DNA of 64,000 nt from Terriglobia bacterium (GTDB taxonomy: Bacteria > Acidobacteriota > Terriglobia > JAJPHL01 > JAPKYU01), in NCBI GenBank assembly GCA_965206645.1, contig CBDBKE010000003.1:384001-448000 (forward strand), given 5' to 3'. How positions within the stretch are numbered: the first letter of the stretch is position 1; every line of letters starts with the position of its first letter. Below are positions 8,680 to 18,685 of this stretch, one piece after another. Both the position numbers and the translations under genes were made by a program. A model generated the notes under the pieces. The model was not told the DNA's origin. It did not search any database and was given only the letters and a program-made list of their open reading frames with translations.

Positions 8680-10905
8680 TTAGGCCTTTTCCAGGCCGGC
8701 GTACTTCTGTACCAGTTTCCTCAATCCGTAGTCCGGGAAAGAGACGGTCACCTTCGCCTCTGCGCCATCGCCCTCGCGCTGCACCACGGTGCCTACGCCG
8801 AACTTGGAATGGCGGACCCGCTGGCCCAGTCCAATTGCCGAGTCGCCCCGTGTTGTCTCCGCCGGCAGTCCTTTTGAGCTTGATCGGCCGCCAATCCCGC
8901 GGGCCTCAAGGAACTTTGCGACGTCCTGTACCGAATTGTAAGCTGGACCGCTGTAGGTTGCTGTCATCTTTCGCCGCCGCGGCCCGCCCAGGTTCTCCAG
9001 CAGTTCGGGCGGGATCTCTTCCAGAAAACGGGAAGGCTCGGTTTGACCCTGAAGCGCGGCGCCGTATTGGCGACGGAACTCGGCGCGGGTCAGGATCAGC
9101 CGCTGCTGAGCCCGCGTCATTCCCACATAGCAGAGCCGCCGCTCTTCTTCCACGCCAGCCGGGCCCTGCACGGAGCGGCTGTGGGGAAACAGTCCCTCTT
9201 CCAGACCCACCAGGAAGACCACCGGGAACTCCAGGCCCTTGGCGGCATGCAGTGTCATCAGCGTGACGGCCGTGCGCTCATCGTAGCCGTCGGCCTCCGA
9301 GACCAGGGCAGCGCGATCCAGGAATTCGGCCAGTGTTTCGCCGCGCTCCACGCTCTCCTGGGCCGCATTCAGCAATTCCTGGATGTTCTCCACGCGGCTG
9401 CTGGCCTCTGGCGTGTCCTCCTCTTCCAGCCGGGTCACATAGCCGGTGCGGTCGAGCACGGCGAGCAGCAATTCAGTGGACGGGGCCTCTGCCTGTACCA
9501 GCGCTATCAAGTCTTCGGCCAGCCGGCGGAACTCGGCCAAGGTCTCATGCTTAGGCCCCCGCAACAGCTTTGCCTCTAGCACTCCTTCCAGCGCTCGCCA
9601 CAGCGCCAAGCTGTGCTCCAGCGCGTAGCCCTCCAATTGCTCCACTGTTTTCTTGCCGATGCCCCGAGGAGGAATATTGATAATACGCAGCAGGCTGAGG
9701 GAATCGTCGGGATTTCGCGCGAACTTCAGGTAAGACAGCAGATCCTTGATCTCGGCCCGCTCGTAAAAGCTGGTACCAGCGACCACGCGGTACTTCAGGC
9801 CGTAGCGCCGCATGGCTTCTTCCAGGGGGCGTAGCCGCGCGCTGGAGCGGAAGAGCACAGCGGCCCGTCCCTCGGGATTGGTCCCAAGGTAGCGCGCCAC
9901 CCAGTCCGCCACGAACAGCGCTTCGTTTTCGGCGTCGGGAGCCTCGTACAGGCCCACTCCTTCGCCCTGCTGGTTTTCTGTCCACAATGTCTTGCCAATG
10001 CGGGATTCGTTGTGGGCCACCAGGGCGCTGGCCGCCGCCAGGATGGTTTTTGACGAGCGGTAGTTCTGCTCCAGGCGAATCATGCGCGCCTCGGGGAAAT
10101 CCTGCTCGAACTCCAGGATGTTGCGCAGGTCCGCCCCGCGCCAGCCGTAAATGGACTGGTCCTCGTCGCCCACCACGCACAGGTTGCGGTGCACCTGAGT
10201 GAGCAGCCGGATCAACTCGTACTGAGGGCGGTTGATATCCTGATACTCGTCCACCAGCAGGTGCTGGAAACGCTGGTTGTACTTGGCCGCGCTCTCCTGG
10301 TTGGTGGCCAGCAGGCGCACGGCTTCCAGCAGCAGGTCGTCGAAATCGAGGGCGTTCGAGCACCCGAGCGCCGCCTGGTACTGCTCGTAGATCGTCGCCA
10401 ACTGCTCGCTGCGCGGGTCGGAGGCGTTGGCGCGGAAAACCTGTGGGCTGATCCCGTGGTTCTTGGCATGGCTGATGCGAGTCAGCACCGCGCGCGTCCG
10501 CATAAACTGCTCGTCCAGGGACAGCTCCTTCATCGCCTTGCGGACGACCGCCAATTGCTCGTCCTCATCGTAGATGGTGAAGTCGCGCGAAATGCCGGCG
10601 GCGGGCCCGTCCCGGCGCAGCACCCGCACGCAGAAGGAATGGAAGGTGGAAATCCAGGGCATGCGCGCCACCTGGCATCCCACGAGCGACTGCACGCGCA
10701 GCCGCATCTCGTCGGCCGCCTTGTTGGTGAAGGTGACGGCTAGGATGCTCTCCGGCTGCACAGCCAGATCATCCATCAAGTAAGCGATGCGGTAGGCGAT
10801 GACGCGCGTTTTTCCGCTGCCTGCTCCTGCCAGCACGAGCAACGGTCCTTCGGTGGTCGTCACCGCTTCGCGCTGTTGCTGGTTGAGCTGCTCCAACAAG
10901 GACAT
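8680..10905 (-). CDS. uvrD: UvrD/PcrA DNA helicase
   Basis: AGAGSGKT, VDEYQD, QNYRS, TLHAAKGLEF, EEERRLCYVGMTRA; C-terminal Tudor-like domain. Confidence 0.96.
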   Translation of the reverse strand: MSLLEQLNQQQREAVTTTEGPLLVLAGAGSGKTRVIAYRIAYLMDDLAVQPESILAVTFTNKAADEMRLRVQSLVGCQVARMPWISTFHSFCVRVLRRDGPAAGISRDFTIYDEDEQLAVVRKAMKELSLDEQFMRTRAVLTRISHAKNHGISPQVFRANASDPRSEQLATIYEQYQAALGCSNALDFDDLLLEAVRLLATNQESAAKYNQRFQHLLVDEYQDINRPQYELIRLLTQVHRNLCVVGDEDQSIYGWRGADLRNILEFEQDFPEARMIRLEQNYRSSKTILAAASALVAHNESRIGKTLWTENQQGEGVGLYEAPDAENEALFVADWVARYLGTNPEGRAAVLFRSSARLRPLEEAMRRYGLKYRVVAGTSFYERAEIKDLLSYLKFARNPDDSLSLLRIINIPPRGIGKKTVEQLEGYALEHSLALWRALEGVLEAKLLRGPKHETLAEFRRLAEDLIALVQAEAPSTELLLAVLDRTGYVTRLEEEDTPEASSRVENIQELLNAAQESVERGETLAEFLDRAALVSEADGYDERTAVTLMTLHAAKGLEFPVVFLVGLEEGLFPHSRSVQGPAGVEEERRLCYVGMTRAQQRLILTRAEFRRQYGAALQGQTEPSRFLEEIPPELLENLGGPRRRKMTATYSGPAYNSVQDVAKFLEARGIGGRSSSKGLPAETTRGDSAIGLGQRVRHSKFGVGTVVQREGDGAEAKVTVSFPDYGLRKLVQKYAGLEKA

Positions 10906-10994
10906 CGAATTCTGATTGTACTCCACCGCGCCGCCCGCCATGGCGCGCTTTCCCCGGGCACAGCGCGCGGAAGTTTCTACTGTCGGGATACAAT

Positions 10995-12458
10995 GTGCCG
11001 GTGCCTTCCGAGCTAATCTTCGAATCCGCCACGCGCATGGCCGAGCTGGTGCGAAGCGGTCAGGTTTCCCCGGTGGAACTGGTGGATGCCCACCTGGCGC
11101 GGATTCGGGATGTGAACCGGGAGCTGCGGGCCTTTGCCACCGTGCTGGACGAAGAAGCCCGGCAGGAGGCGCGACAGGCTGAATCGGCCGTCCAGCGCCG
11201 CAAGCTAGGACCGTTGCACGGTGTGCCAGTCACCGTCAAAGACTGCATCGAGACCGCCGGCATCCCGACCCAGAGCGGCTGCCGGCTGCGATCTGGGTTC
11301 CTGCCCGAGCGCGATGCTGCAGTGGTGTCCCGCCTGCGGGCGGCGGGCGCCATTCTGCTGGGCAAGACCAACGTTCCGGACCTGCTGGTGGCCTACGAAA
11401 CCGACAACCTGATTACGGGGCGCGCCGCCAACCCCTGGGCCCTGGCCCGTACGCCGGGCGGTTCCAGCGGAGGCGAAGCCGCCGCAATCGCGTCGGGCTG
11501 CTCGGCCGGGGGCTTGGGCACCGATGGCGGCGGTTCGGTTCGGGTCCCTGCCCACTTTTGCGGCATCGTGGGCTTAAAGCCCACGCCGGGGCGCATTCCC
11601 GGCTCCGGACTTTTTCCGGCGCTGGTCGGGCCGTTTGCCCTGCTGGGGGTGGTGGGACCCATGGCGCGCTCGGTGGCGGACGTCCGGCTCCTGTTCGAGG
11701 TTCTGGCCGGTCCTGATCCTGACGATGCTATGTCGGTCCCGCTGCCGGTTCCTCCACCGGAGGAAACAACTCGCCGGGTTACCCGCGACCTGCGCGTCGG
11801 CTTTTACGAGGACGACGGTGTGGCGCCGGTGACGCCGGAAACTCGGGCCGCCGTGCGAACGGCCAGCGAGGCTTTGCGCCGAAAGGGGTTCAGCCTCCAG
11901 CCTTTCCGGGCAGCCCCGCTGGAGCGCGCTCCCCGGATCTGGTGGACGTTTTTTGGCAGAGCCAGCCTGCCGCTATTTCGTTCCTTTGTGGCCGGACGAG
12001 AAAGCCAGTTGCACGCCATCACGCGAGAATTTCTGGCTGTGGCCGAAGGCGAGGGCCCGATCACTTACGACGAATTCCTCAACGCCTGGTCCGAACGCGA
12101 CAAGATGCGCGCTTGGCTGTTGCGGCAGATGGAGGACGTGCCGGTGCTGCTGACGCCGGTCGGTTCCATACCCGCGTTCCGCCACGGAGAGCGATCCTGG
12201 ACCATCGAAGGCGAGACACTGAGCGGGATGTGGAGCACCATGGGGCCGGCCCAGACCTTCAACCTGCTGGGCAATCCTGCAGTCGTGCTGCCCGTAGGCC
12301 GTTCGCCCGAAGGCCTGCCCATCGGGGTCCAACTGGTGGGTCGCCCCTACGAGGAAGAATTGCTGCTGGCTGTGGCCGCCCGTCTGGAGGAGAGCCTGGG
12401 CGCCTGGCAAGCGCCACCCTTGCGCGCCACCACTGCTTCCGGCACTTCCGGAGCGTGA
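10995..12458 (+). CDS. Amidase signature family protein
   Basis: GPLHGVPVTVKD, GGSSGG, GTDGGGSVRVPA. Confidence 0.93.
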   Translation: MPVPSELIFESATRMAELVRSGQVSPVELVDAHLARIRDVNRELRAFATVLDEEARQEARQAESAVQRRKLGPLHGVPVTVKDCIETAGIPTQSGCRLRSGFLPERDAAVVSRLRAAGAILLGKTNVPDLLVAYETDNLITGRAANPWALARTPGGSSGGEAAAIASGCSAGGLGTDGGGSVRVPAHFCGIVGLKPTPGRIPGSGLFPALVGPFALLGVVGPMARSVADVRLLFEVLAGPDPDDAMSVPLPVPPPEETTRRVTRDLRVGFYEDDGVAPVTPETRAAVRTASEALRRKGFSLQPFRAAPLERAPRIWWTFFGRASLPLFRSFVAGRESQLHAITREFLAVAEGEGPITYDEFLNAWSERDKMRAWLLRQMEDVPVLLTPVGSIPAFRHGERSWTIEGETLSGMWSTMGPAQTFNLLGNPAVVLPVGRSPEGLPIGVQLVGRPYEEELLLAVAARLEESLGAWQAPPLRATTASGTSGA

Positions 12459-12574
12459 TCTGCCCACGGACCGGCGGCCCGTAGATGCCAGGGTCGGGCT
12501 CCGGTCCCACGCCAAGGCAATTCCTGACACCTGATACCCGGTTGACACCGGAAACCTGATACCTGCCGCCTGCC

Positions 12575-13126
12575 TTAGCTGAGGAGTTCGCGGATTTGCC
12601 CGGTGAGTCGGGGCCGGCCTGAGTCCAGTTCGCGCCGCACCAGGTTCAGGCCGTAGACGCACATCTCGAATTTGTCGGAAAGCTGCCGAAACAGAGGCGC
12701 GACCTTGCGGTACTCGAACTGGTCGAATGCCGCCACAATGTGATAGGACTCCTTGCCGGCCTTGACGTAGTCCACGAAGGAATCCAGGCGCTCGTGCCGC
12801 AGCCGCCAGTTGCGGATGGATTCGGGAAACATGCCGGTGAAGAACAAGGTGAAGTCCCCAATGTGCTTCCGAACCTGCCGTTCCCGGTCAAAGGAAGGAG
12901 CGTTCATCAGGGGATTGGACTCGATCAACATCTCCCCCACGTCCTCCAGCGGCCGGCCTTGCATGTCGCGGACCTTGTAGAGATTTTCGATTCGGACAAA
13001 ATCGGTGAGCAAGCCGATGATATAGGAAGTGACCTCGGGATCGTCCAACGCCAGAGTTCCGTGGAAGCTGTGTTCCACCAGTCCGGTGAACAGCGAACTG
13101 AGTTCCGATCCCGGGTGCACGTACAC
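12575..13126 (-). CDS. Conserved hypothetical protein
   Basis: Coherent ORF with RKHIGDFTLFFTG.FPE motif. Confidence 0.75.
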   Translation of the reverse strand: MYVHPGSELSSLFTGLVEHSFHGTLALDDPEVTSYIIGLLTDFVRIENLYKVRDMQGRPLEDVGEMLIESNPLMNAPSFDRERQVRKHIGDFTLFFTGMFPESIRNWRLRHERLDSFVDYVKAGKESYHIVAAFDQFEYRKVAPLFRQLSDKFEMCVYGLNLVRRELDSGRPRLTGQIRELLS

Positions 13127-13279
13127 TGGACTCCCTCCGAAACGCAGGCCAAGACTCCAGCCAAATGGACGCGCGCAGATCCCCTCTGGTTGCTGCCATT
13201 GCTATCTAGTACTGTTATCCTCGTGGTTGTCAAGTTACGAGGCCGTGCGGCTGCTGTCGGAAATAGAACCTCGGCACGG

Positions 13280-13921
13280 GTGATTCTGGCATCGCACCGC
13301 TTCCGGCGAGGGCGGCGCTGCGGACCTGCGGAACTGTCCCCGCAACTTTCAGCCAAGCAGCGGGCGGCACTGGCGCGCTGGCTGGAAGCGCTGCCCGCAG
13401 GATTCAGCATGCGGCTGCCGCGCATCAAAGTTGCCGCGGCGGCGAGCCTGCAAACGCAGGCCCACAGTCCGGCCCATGCGGCGAGCTTTATCCCACAGCG
13501 CTACCTGCTGCTGGGGCAATCGCTGTTTTCGCGGCCCGGAGAGCTAGGCCGCATCCTGTATCACGAACTCTGCCACTTCCTCTGGCCACGATTGCGATCT
13601 GGCCGCCGCCTCTATGAAGCCGAGATCGCGCGGGAAACGGAAGCCGGCATCCGTGGCGAACTAGGCTACTCCGCCGAGGAGGCCAAAGAGGCCCTGCGCG
13701 GTGCCCAGGGTCAGGCGACGACCGCAGCCTCTCCCGGACCCGCCCGCGCCCGGCAGACACGCTGGCGCTACTACCTGTGCGAGAGCTTCTGTGACACGGG
13801 CGCCTGGCTGCTACTGCGTCAGGCAGGCCATCGCCGCAGCCGTCACTCGGAGTGGACGTTGGAACGGCGCGCCCGGACCAAGCGATGGCAGGCCTGGCGC
13901 GCGGCGGCTGGTTTCCCGTAA
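13280..13921 (+). CDS. Hypothetical protein with HExxH motif (possible zinc metallopeptidase); start uncertain
   Basis: RILYHELCHF, GELGYSAE, Y.CESFCDT. Confidence 0.6.
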   Translation: MILASHRFRRGRRCGPAELSPQLSAKQRAALARWLEALPAGFSMRLPRIKVAAAASLQTQAHSPAHAASFIPQRYLLLGQSLFSRPGELGRILYHELCHFLWPRLRSGRRLYEAEIARETEAGIRGELGYSAEEAKEALRGAQGQATTAASPGPARARQTRWRYYLCESFCDTGAWLLLRQAGHRRSRHSEWTLERRARTKRWQAWRAAAGFP

Positions 13922-14026
13922 AATCGCATTTGGGGGCCGGAGTGCGGTAATATGAACACAGGCACCGTGGGTCGCGGGCAACCGTTTTGTGCACCAGAGG
14001 CTGCGCGCATAGCGTCTAAATAACGT

Positions 14027-14755
14027 ATGGACGTTTCGTTAACCGCAGCGTTTCTCGCAGGGATCGTTTCCTTCCTTTCCCCGTGTGTTCTTCCGCTTGT
14101 GCCCGGCTACGTTTCGATCATTTCCGGGGCCAGCGTGGAAGAGCTGAAAGCGGCTGGCCCGGATGACCACCTGTTGCGCCGCGTGTTGTTCCATTCCCTG
14201 TTCTTCATCGCTGGCTTCTCCATCGTGTTCATCTCGCTGGGGGCCTCGGCCACCTGGCTGGGTGGGACCCTGCGCTCCCACCTGCCCTTACTGTTGCAGA
14301 TTGGCGGCGTGGTGGTGATCCTGTTCGGCCTGCACATGACCGGCATTCTGAAAATCGGCCTGTTGTACCGCGATGCCCGCATCCGCACCAACCCAGCCAG
14401 TCGATCTGTGTCGGCGCCGGGTTCCCTCCTGTTGGGCCTGGCATTCGCCTTTGGATGGACGCCCTGTATCGGCCCCATCCTGGCAGCCATCCTGGCTTTG
14501 GCCTCCACCAAGCAAACAATTGCTCAGGGCATCCTGCTGCTGGCAGTCTATTCGCTGGGCCTGGCGGTGCCGTTCCTGCTGACCAGCTTGGGGCTGAGCC
14601 AGTTCTTCAACTTCTACCGTGGTTTCCGCAAGCATCTGCACACGGTGGAGGTGTTTTCCGGCGCGGTGCTGATTTTGGTCGGCGCTCTGCTCGTGACGAA
14701 CCAATTCACCAGGCTTTCCGGCTACCTTTCCTTTTTGAACCGTTTTGCGCTTTAA
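14027..14755 (+). CDS. ccdA: Cytochrome c biogenesis protein CcdA
   Basis: SFLSPCVLPLVP and FGWTPCIGPIL. Confidence 0.93.
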   Translation: MDVSLTAAFLAGIVSFLSPCVLPLVPGYVSIISGASVEELKAAGPDDHLLRRVLFHSLFFIAGFSIVFISLGASATWLGGTLRSHLPLLLQIGGVVVILFGLHMTGILKIGLLYRDARIRTNPASRSVSAPGSLLLGLAFAFGWTPCIGPILAAILALASTKQTIAQGILLLAVYSLGLAVPFLLTSLGLSQFFNFYRGFRKHLHTVEVFSGAVLILVGALLVTNQFTRLSGYLSFLNRFAL

Positions 14756-14763
14756 TTCCATAT

Positions 14764-15375
14764 ATGAGTACCAAGACACCTCCTTTCGATTCCAGTCCGC
14801 CGCCTGAGCCAGGAGGTGGCAGCCTCCCTCCCCCGGAGAAATCGAGGCGCGGCCGCCCGTTGCGGAACTTCGGACTCATTCTGGTCGGTAGCGCTCTGCT
14901 GCTGTTTGGCGCGCTCCGCTACGGCTCATGGGAGCCGCCGCCGACCCCTCTGGGGGACAAGGAGGGCCCCCTTGTCCCCGACTTCGTGCTCAAGGACATT
15001 CACGGCAACAATTTCCGGATGGCCGACCTGAAGGGAAAGGTTGTCATCCTGGATTTCTGGGCCACCTGGTGCCAGCCGTGCACCATCGAAATCCCCTGGT
15101 TCGTTGACCTGTACGACCGCTACGGCCCCGAGGGCTTGGAGATCGTCGGCGTCGCCATGGACGACGAAGGCATGGAAGTGGTCAAGCCCTTCGCCAAAGA
15201 GTACAAGATGAACTACCGGGTCCTGCTCGGCAACGATGCGGTGGCCGAACTGTTCGGGGGTATCTGGGGGCTTCCAACCACGTTTATTATCGACCGAGAG
15301 GGGCGCATTCGCGACAAGCACGAGGGGTTGGTGAGCCGCAGCGTGTTCGAGGAGGCGGTCGAGAAGCTGCTGTGA
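14764..15375 (+). CDS. TlpA/ResA thiol-disulfide oxidoreductase
   Basis: N-terminal TM; DFWATWCQPC; GLPTTFIIDREG. Confidence 0.9.
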   Translation: MSTKTPPFDSSPPPEPGGGSLPPPEKSRRGRPLRNFGLILVGSALLLFGALRYGSWEPPPTPLGDKEGPLVPDFVLKDIHGNNFRMADLKGKVVILDFWATWCQPCTIEIPWFVDLYDRYGPEGLEIVGVAMDDEGMEVVKPFAKEYKMNYRVLLGNDAVAELFGGIWGLPTTFIIDREGRIRDKHEGLVSRSVFEEAVEKLL

Positions 15376-15422
15376 GGGGGCCGATTCCCTTCGTAGGGCG
15401 ATTCAGCAGAGGCGGGGAGCGA

Positions 15423-15487
15423 TTCTGAGCAAATAACCGAGTTTGAGCAGACAACTGAGTTTGAGTAGACAACTGGGGCTATGAGCC
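15423..15487. repeat. 18-bp degenerate tandem repeat (gagcagacaactgagttt)
   Basis: Three units ending at the ATG of the next gene. Confidence 0.75.
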
Positions 15488-15993
15488 AATCTCCAAGAAT
15501 CCTCGCAACGCTGCTTTTAACCCTTTGCCTGAGCTGGACGGCGGCGGCTAGGGAGCGATCCAAGCGGACTGAGGTAGTCAAAGTCTTTCCTCCTTCCACT
15601 CCGGTGATGGCAGCGGCGGCGGACATAGTGGAGCTGCCCCTGCGCCTGGAGATTGCCGCCGGGTTCCACATCAATGCCAGAAAGCCCACCCTGGATTATC
15701 TGATTCCCACAAAGTTGAATTGGACGTCGAAAGAATTCAAGCTGCTCGATGTGGAGTATCCGCCAGCGGAGCGCTACACGTTCAGCTTTGCACCTGGCAA
15801 GCCGCTGAAGGTTTACCAGGGAACAGTCAGCATCCGCAGCCGCTTTCGGGTACCGGGCCGGACGCCGACGGGGAAAGTGATCCTGCGCGGGGTACTGCGC
15901 TACCAGGCCTGCGATGACAGCGCCTGCTACCCCCCAGCAAAGATCGCCGTAGAAGCGCCGGTCCATGTGGTGAAGTGGAGCCAGAGCCGCTGA
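15481..15993 (+). CDS. Stand-alone DsbD N-terminal (alpha) domain protein
   Basis: Signal peptide; GFHIN, YP, YQACDDSACYPP. Confidence 0.85.
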   Translation: MSQSPRILATLLLTLCLSWTAAARERSKRTEVVKVFPPSTPVMAAAADIVELPLRLEIAAGFHINARKPTLDYLIPTKLNWTSKEFKLLDVEYPPAERYTFSFAPGKPLKVYQGTVSIRSRFRVPGRTPTGKVILRGVLRYQACDDSACYPPAKIAVEAPVHVVKWSQSR

Positions 15994-16005
15994 GTCTCCC
16001 CCTGC

Positions 16006-17442
16006 TTACTTGACCCCTGAGATCTGACACTTGCTTTCCAGGCGACTGACTGTGCGGTCTCTGCCCAGCAGGGCCATCACTTCGAAGATGCCGGGAGCCA
16101 CGGCCTGACCGGTCAGCGCCACGCGAGCGGCATTGATCAGCAGCCCGGCCTTTACTCCGCGCTGCTCAGCAAAGCCGCGCAGCGCCGCTTCGGTCCGGGG
16201 AGGGTCGAAGGGCTCCACCTGCTCAAGAACGGCGGCCAGCGCCGGCAGCAACTCAGCCAATGCCGGGTCTTTCCAGAATTTCTTGGCTGCCTGCGGGTCC
16301 ACCGGATAGTCGTCGGTGAAGAAGGCTCGGGCGCTGCCCGTGAAATCCTTTAAGGTGCGCATGCGCGCCTTCAGCAGGCCGATGGCGTCTAGCAACCAGG
16401 CACGATCCGCACGGCCGAGTTCATCACGCCAGAGTTCGGCCCGCTCCAGTTGTTCCCGGACAAACGGGAGCAGCTGCTCGGCGCTGGACTGCTGGATGTA
16501 TTGTTGGTTGAACCACTCCAGTTTTTCCGGGTTGAATACCGCGTTGCCCTTGCCGATGCCTTCCAGGGAAAAAGCAGCAACCAACTCCGATGTAGAAAAC
16601 AGCTCGCGATCGTCACCGGGTGACCAGCCGAGCAAGGCCAGGAAATTTCGCATGGCTGCCGGAAGCACGCCCTGGTCCTGGTAGGCGACCACCGAGGTGG
16701 CGCCGTGACGCTTGCTGAGCCGTGTGCGATCGGGACCCAGGATCAGCGGGACATGGGCAAACAGCGGAGGGGGAACCTCAAGTGCCTGATAGAGAAGCAC
16801 CTGTTTGGGCGTGTTCGACAGGTGGTCGGCACCGCGCAGCACGTGGGTGACGCGCATGTCCAGATCATCGGCCACCACGCTCAGGTGGTAGGTGGGCAGG
16901 CCGTCGGAACGCAGCAGCACGAAATCTTCCAGCTCGGCGTTGGGAAACTCGACGAACCCAAAGACCGCATCTTCGAACGCGGTCGCCCCTTCATCGGGAG
17001 TTAGAAAGCGAATGGCAAACGCGCGGCCGGCCGGGTCCTGCTCGAGGCGAGTGCGGCAAGGATCACGCAGCGCTCGAGGTCGGCGTTCGCTGCCTTTGTC
17101 CACGACGGGTGGAACGGTGGGCGCGCAATAGCAGCGGAATGCACGGCCCTTGGCCAGGACCCGTTCCGCCACGGAGCGGTAGAGTTCCCGGCGCTGGGAC
17201 TGAAAAAATGGCCCCTCGTCCCAGTCCAGCCCCAGCCAGCGCATCGCTTCCAGGATGCCCTCGCTCATCTCCGGGCTGGAGCGCTCTACGTCGGTGTCTT
17301 CAATGCGGAGGATGAACTTGCCTCGAGGGCCGTGGCGGCGGGCAAACAGCCAGTTGAACAAGGCCGTCCGCGCCCCGCCGACATGCAGGTAGCCGGTCGG
17401 CGACGGCGCAAATCGGACGCGGATCTCCTCTGGTTGGCTCAT
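16006..17442 (-). CDS. gltX: Glutamate--tRNA ligase
   Basis: RVRFAPSPTGYLHVGG, LRIEDTD, RLSKRHG; anticodon-binding domain present. Confidence 0.96.
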   Translation of the reverse strand: MSQPEEIRVRFAPSPTGYLHVGGARTALFNWLFARRHGPRGKFILRIEDTDVERSSPEMSEGILEAMRWLGLDWDEGPFFQSQRRELYRSVAERVLAKGRAFRCYCAPTVPPVVDKGSERRPRALRDPCRTRLEQDPAGRAFAIRFLTPDEGATAFEDAVFGFVEFPNAELEDFVLLRSDGLPTYHLSVVADDLDMRVTHVLRGADHLSNTPKQVLLYQALEVPPPLFAHVPLILGPDRTRLSKRHGATSVVAYQDQGVLPAAMRNFLALLGWSPGDDRELFSTSELVAAFSLEGIGKGNAVFNPEKLEWFNQQYIQQSSAEQLLPFVREQLERAELWRDELGRADRAWLLDAIGLLKARMRTLKDFTGSARAFFTDDYPVDPQAAKKFWKDPALAELLPALAAVLEQVEPFDPPRTEAALRGFAEQRGVKAGLLINAARVALTGQAVAPGIFEVMALLGRDRTVSRLESKCQISGVK

Positions 17443-17530
17443 TGACAATTGGCCGATTGAGAATTGTTGATTGGGCCGGTTCAATCGTCAATGACCCAAT
17501 CGGCAATGGCCCAATCCTTAATGGTTCGAT
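17441..17530. repeat. Short-period repeats arranged as an inverted array (attg.. / ..caat)
   Basis: attgacaattggccgattgagaattgttgattg followed by caatcgtcaatgacccaatcggcaatggcccaat. Confidence 0.7.
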
Positions 17531-17533
17531 CGG

Positions 17534-17734
17534 TTAACAGCCGCGGGAGAAAAGGAAAGCCAGCAACAAGGCTGCCGCCATGAACGCCACCATGATCCCC
17601 ACTGCCCGCAGGGAAGGAAGCCCGCTGGCCCGAGGCGGTTCCATTCCCTCCAGGGGACCCATCAAGCCCAGCGGCGTGGGACGTCGCGGCCGGCGCTCCG
17701 GCTCCGGGCGCTCTTCCGGCGGCTTCTCAGCCAT
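17534..17734 (-). CDS. Small membrane protein
   Basis: GGAGG RBS, Pro-rich N-terminus, C-terminal TM. Confidence 0.55.
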   Translation of the reverse strand: MAEKPPEERPEPERRPRRPTPLGLMGPLEGMEPPRASGLPSLRAVGIMVAFMAAALLLAFLFSRGC

Positions 17735-17821
17735 CTGCTCGGTACCTCCCCTATCTCCTCCCCTGTCCCCTATGATACGCGTCGGCGGCCGCCCAAAGCT
17801 CCCGGGGCGTGACTCGGCTTC

Positions 17822-18562
17822 TCATCCAAAGGATCCAGGTTCGCCGGTACGGATTTCCGAAAGCTGCTTCAACCAGAGAAAGCCGAGAAAAAAAGCCAGC
17901 CCGGGAAACAGCCACACCGCAATTTCCGTAACCAGCGTAAGTTGTGGAAAGGGACGCTCCACCACTCGGGTTGAATAATGAAAGAACATCAGCAGGGGAA
18001 AATAGCAAGCATGCACAGCGGCAGCCAAAGCAAAGGCGGCGGCCACACGCTCGACTTCCTCCCACAAGGCCCAGGCAAGGAAAGCGAAGCCGACTCCGGC
18101 AAAGAACACATAGAGCCAGCTGAACAGGTGCTGGAACAGCAAGTTGTGGTGCATGAACACCAGCATCGCCTGCCGGGAAGCCTCGTCAGGGGAGGCGACG
18201 AACTGGATTCCCGCTGAGGGTTCCACGGCTGCCATCCAGATGCCGCGGACGGCCTGCACCAGGAACCCCAAAGCCGCGAAGCCGCCTCCAAACAAGGCTC
18301 TCGTCGGATGCAGGGAGCGCGCCGCCAGGGCCACGACCGCCACCACCCCGGCCACCCCCTGCCCGAATTTCATCACCCCCAGGATCACGCCTAGCGCGAA
18401 CAAGCTCACAACCTCCTCCAACTGGCGCGCCGGCTCGACCAGCGTGAAGGGCGCTGCCCGCTGCTGGGCTACGGGTGTGGCCGCCGCAGCAGCCAGATAG
18501 GCGATCGCTACCAGCAACGCAGCCAGAGAGGCCCAGTGCAGTGCGCGCGCCGTGGTGAACAC
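17822..18562 (-). CDS. Hypothetical polytopic membrane protein
   Basis: About six hydrophobic segments. Confidence 0.7.
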   Translation of the reverse strand: MFTTARALHWASLAALLVAIAYLAAAAATPVAQQRAAPFTLVEPARQLEEVVSLFALGVILGVMKFGQGVAGVVAVVALAARSLHPTRALFGGGFAALGFLVQAVRGIWMAAVEPSAGIQFVASPDEASRQAMLVFMHHNLLFQHLFSWLYVFFAGVGFAFLAWALWEEVERVAAAFALAAAVHACYFPLLMFFHYSTRVVERPFPQLTLVTEIAVWLFPGLAFFLGFLWLKQLSEIRTGEPGSFG

Positions 18563-18635
18563 GGGCGCATTGTAGCGCGATTCCTGCCCTGCCGGGCAGG
18601 CTAGTCGGCCTCGCGCGAACGGCTTCGCGGTTGCA

Positions 18636-18665
18636 TTGACGGTGTTTCTTTACTCTGTGTATAGT
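18636..18665 (+). promoter_or_regulatory. Putative sigma70 promoter
   Basis: TTGACG-18 bp-TATAGT ending 20 bp before ATG 18686. Confidence 0.5.
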
Positions 18666-18685
18666 CGAGGGAAGGGGCGCGCTCG

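Noticed and set aside
12740-13280. N-terminal half of the 393-aa ORF
   Set aside because: Overlaps the real 12575..13126 gene in antisense; only the 3' part looks coding.
13976-14020. ECF-type promoter before ccdA (gcacc..cgtcta)
   Set aside because: Motif too short to support without TSS data.
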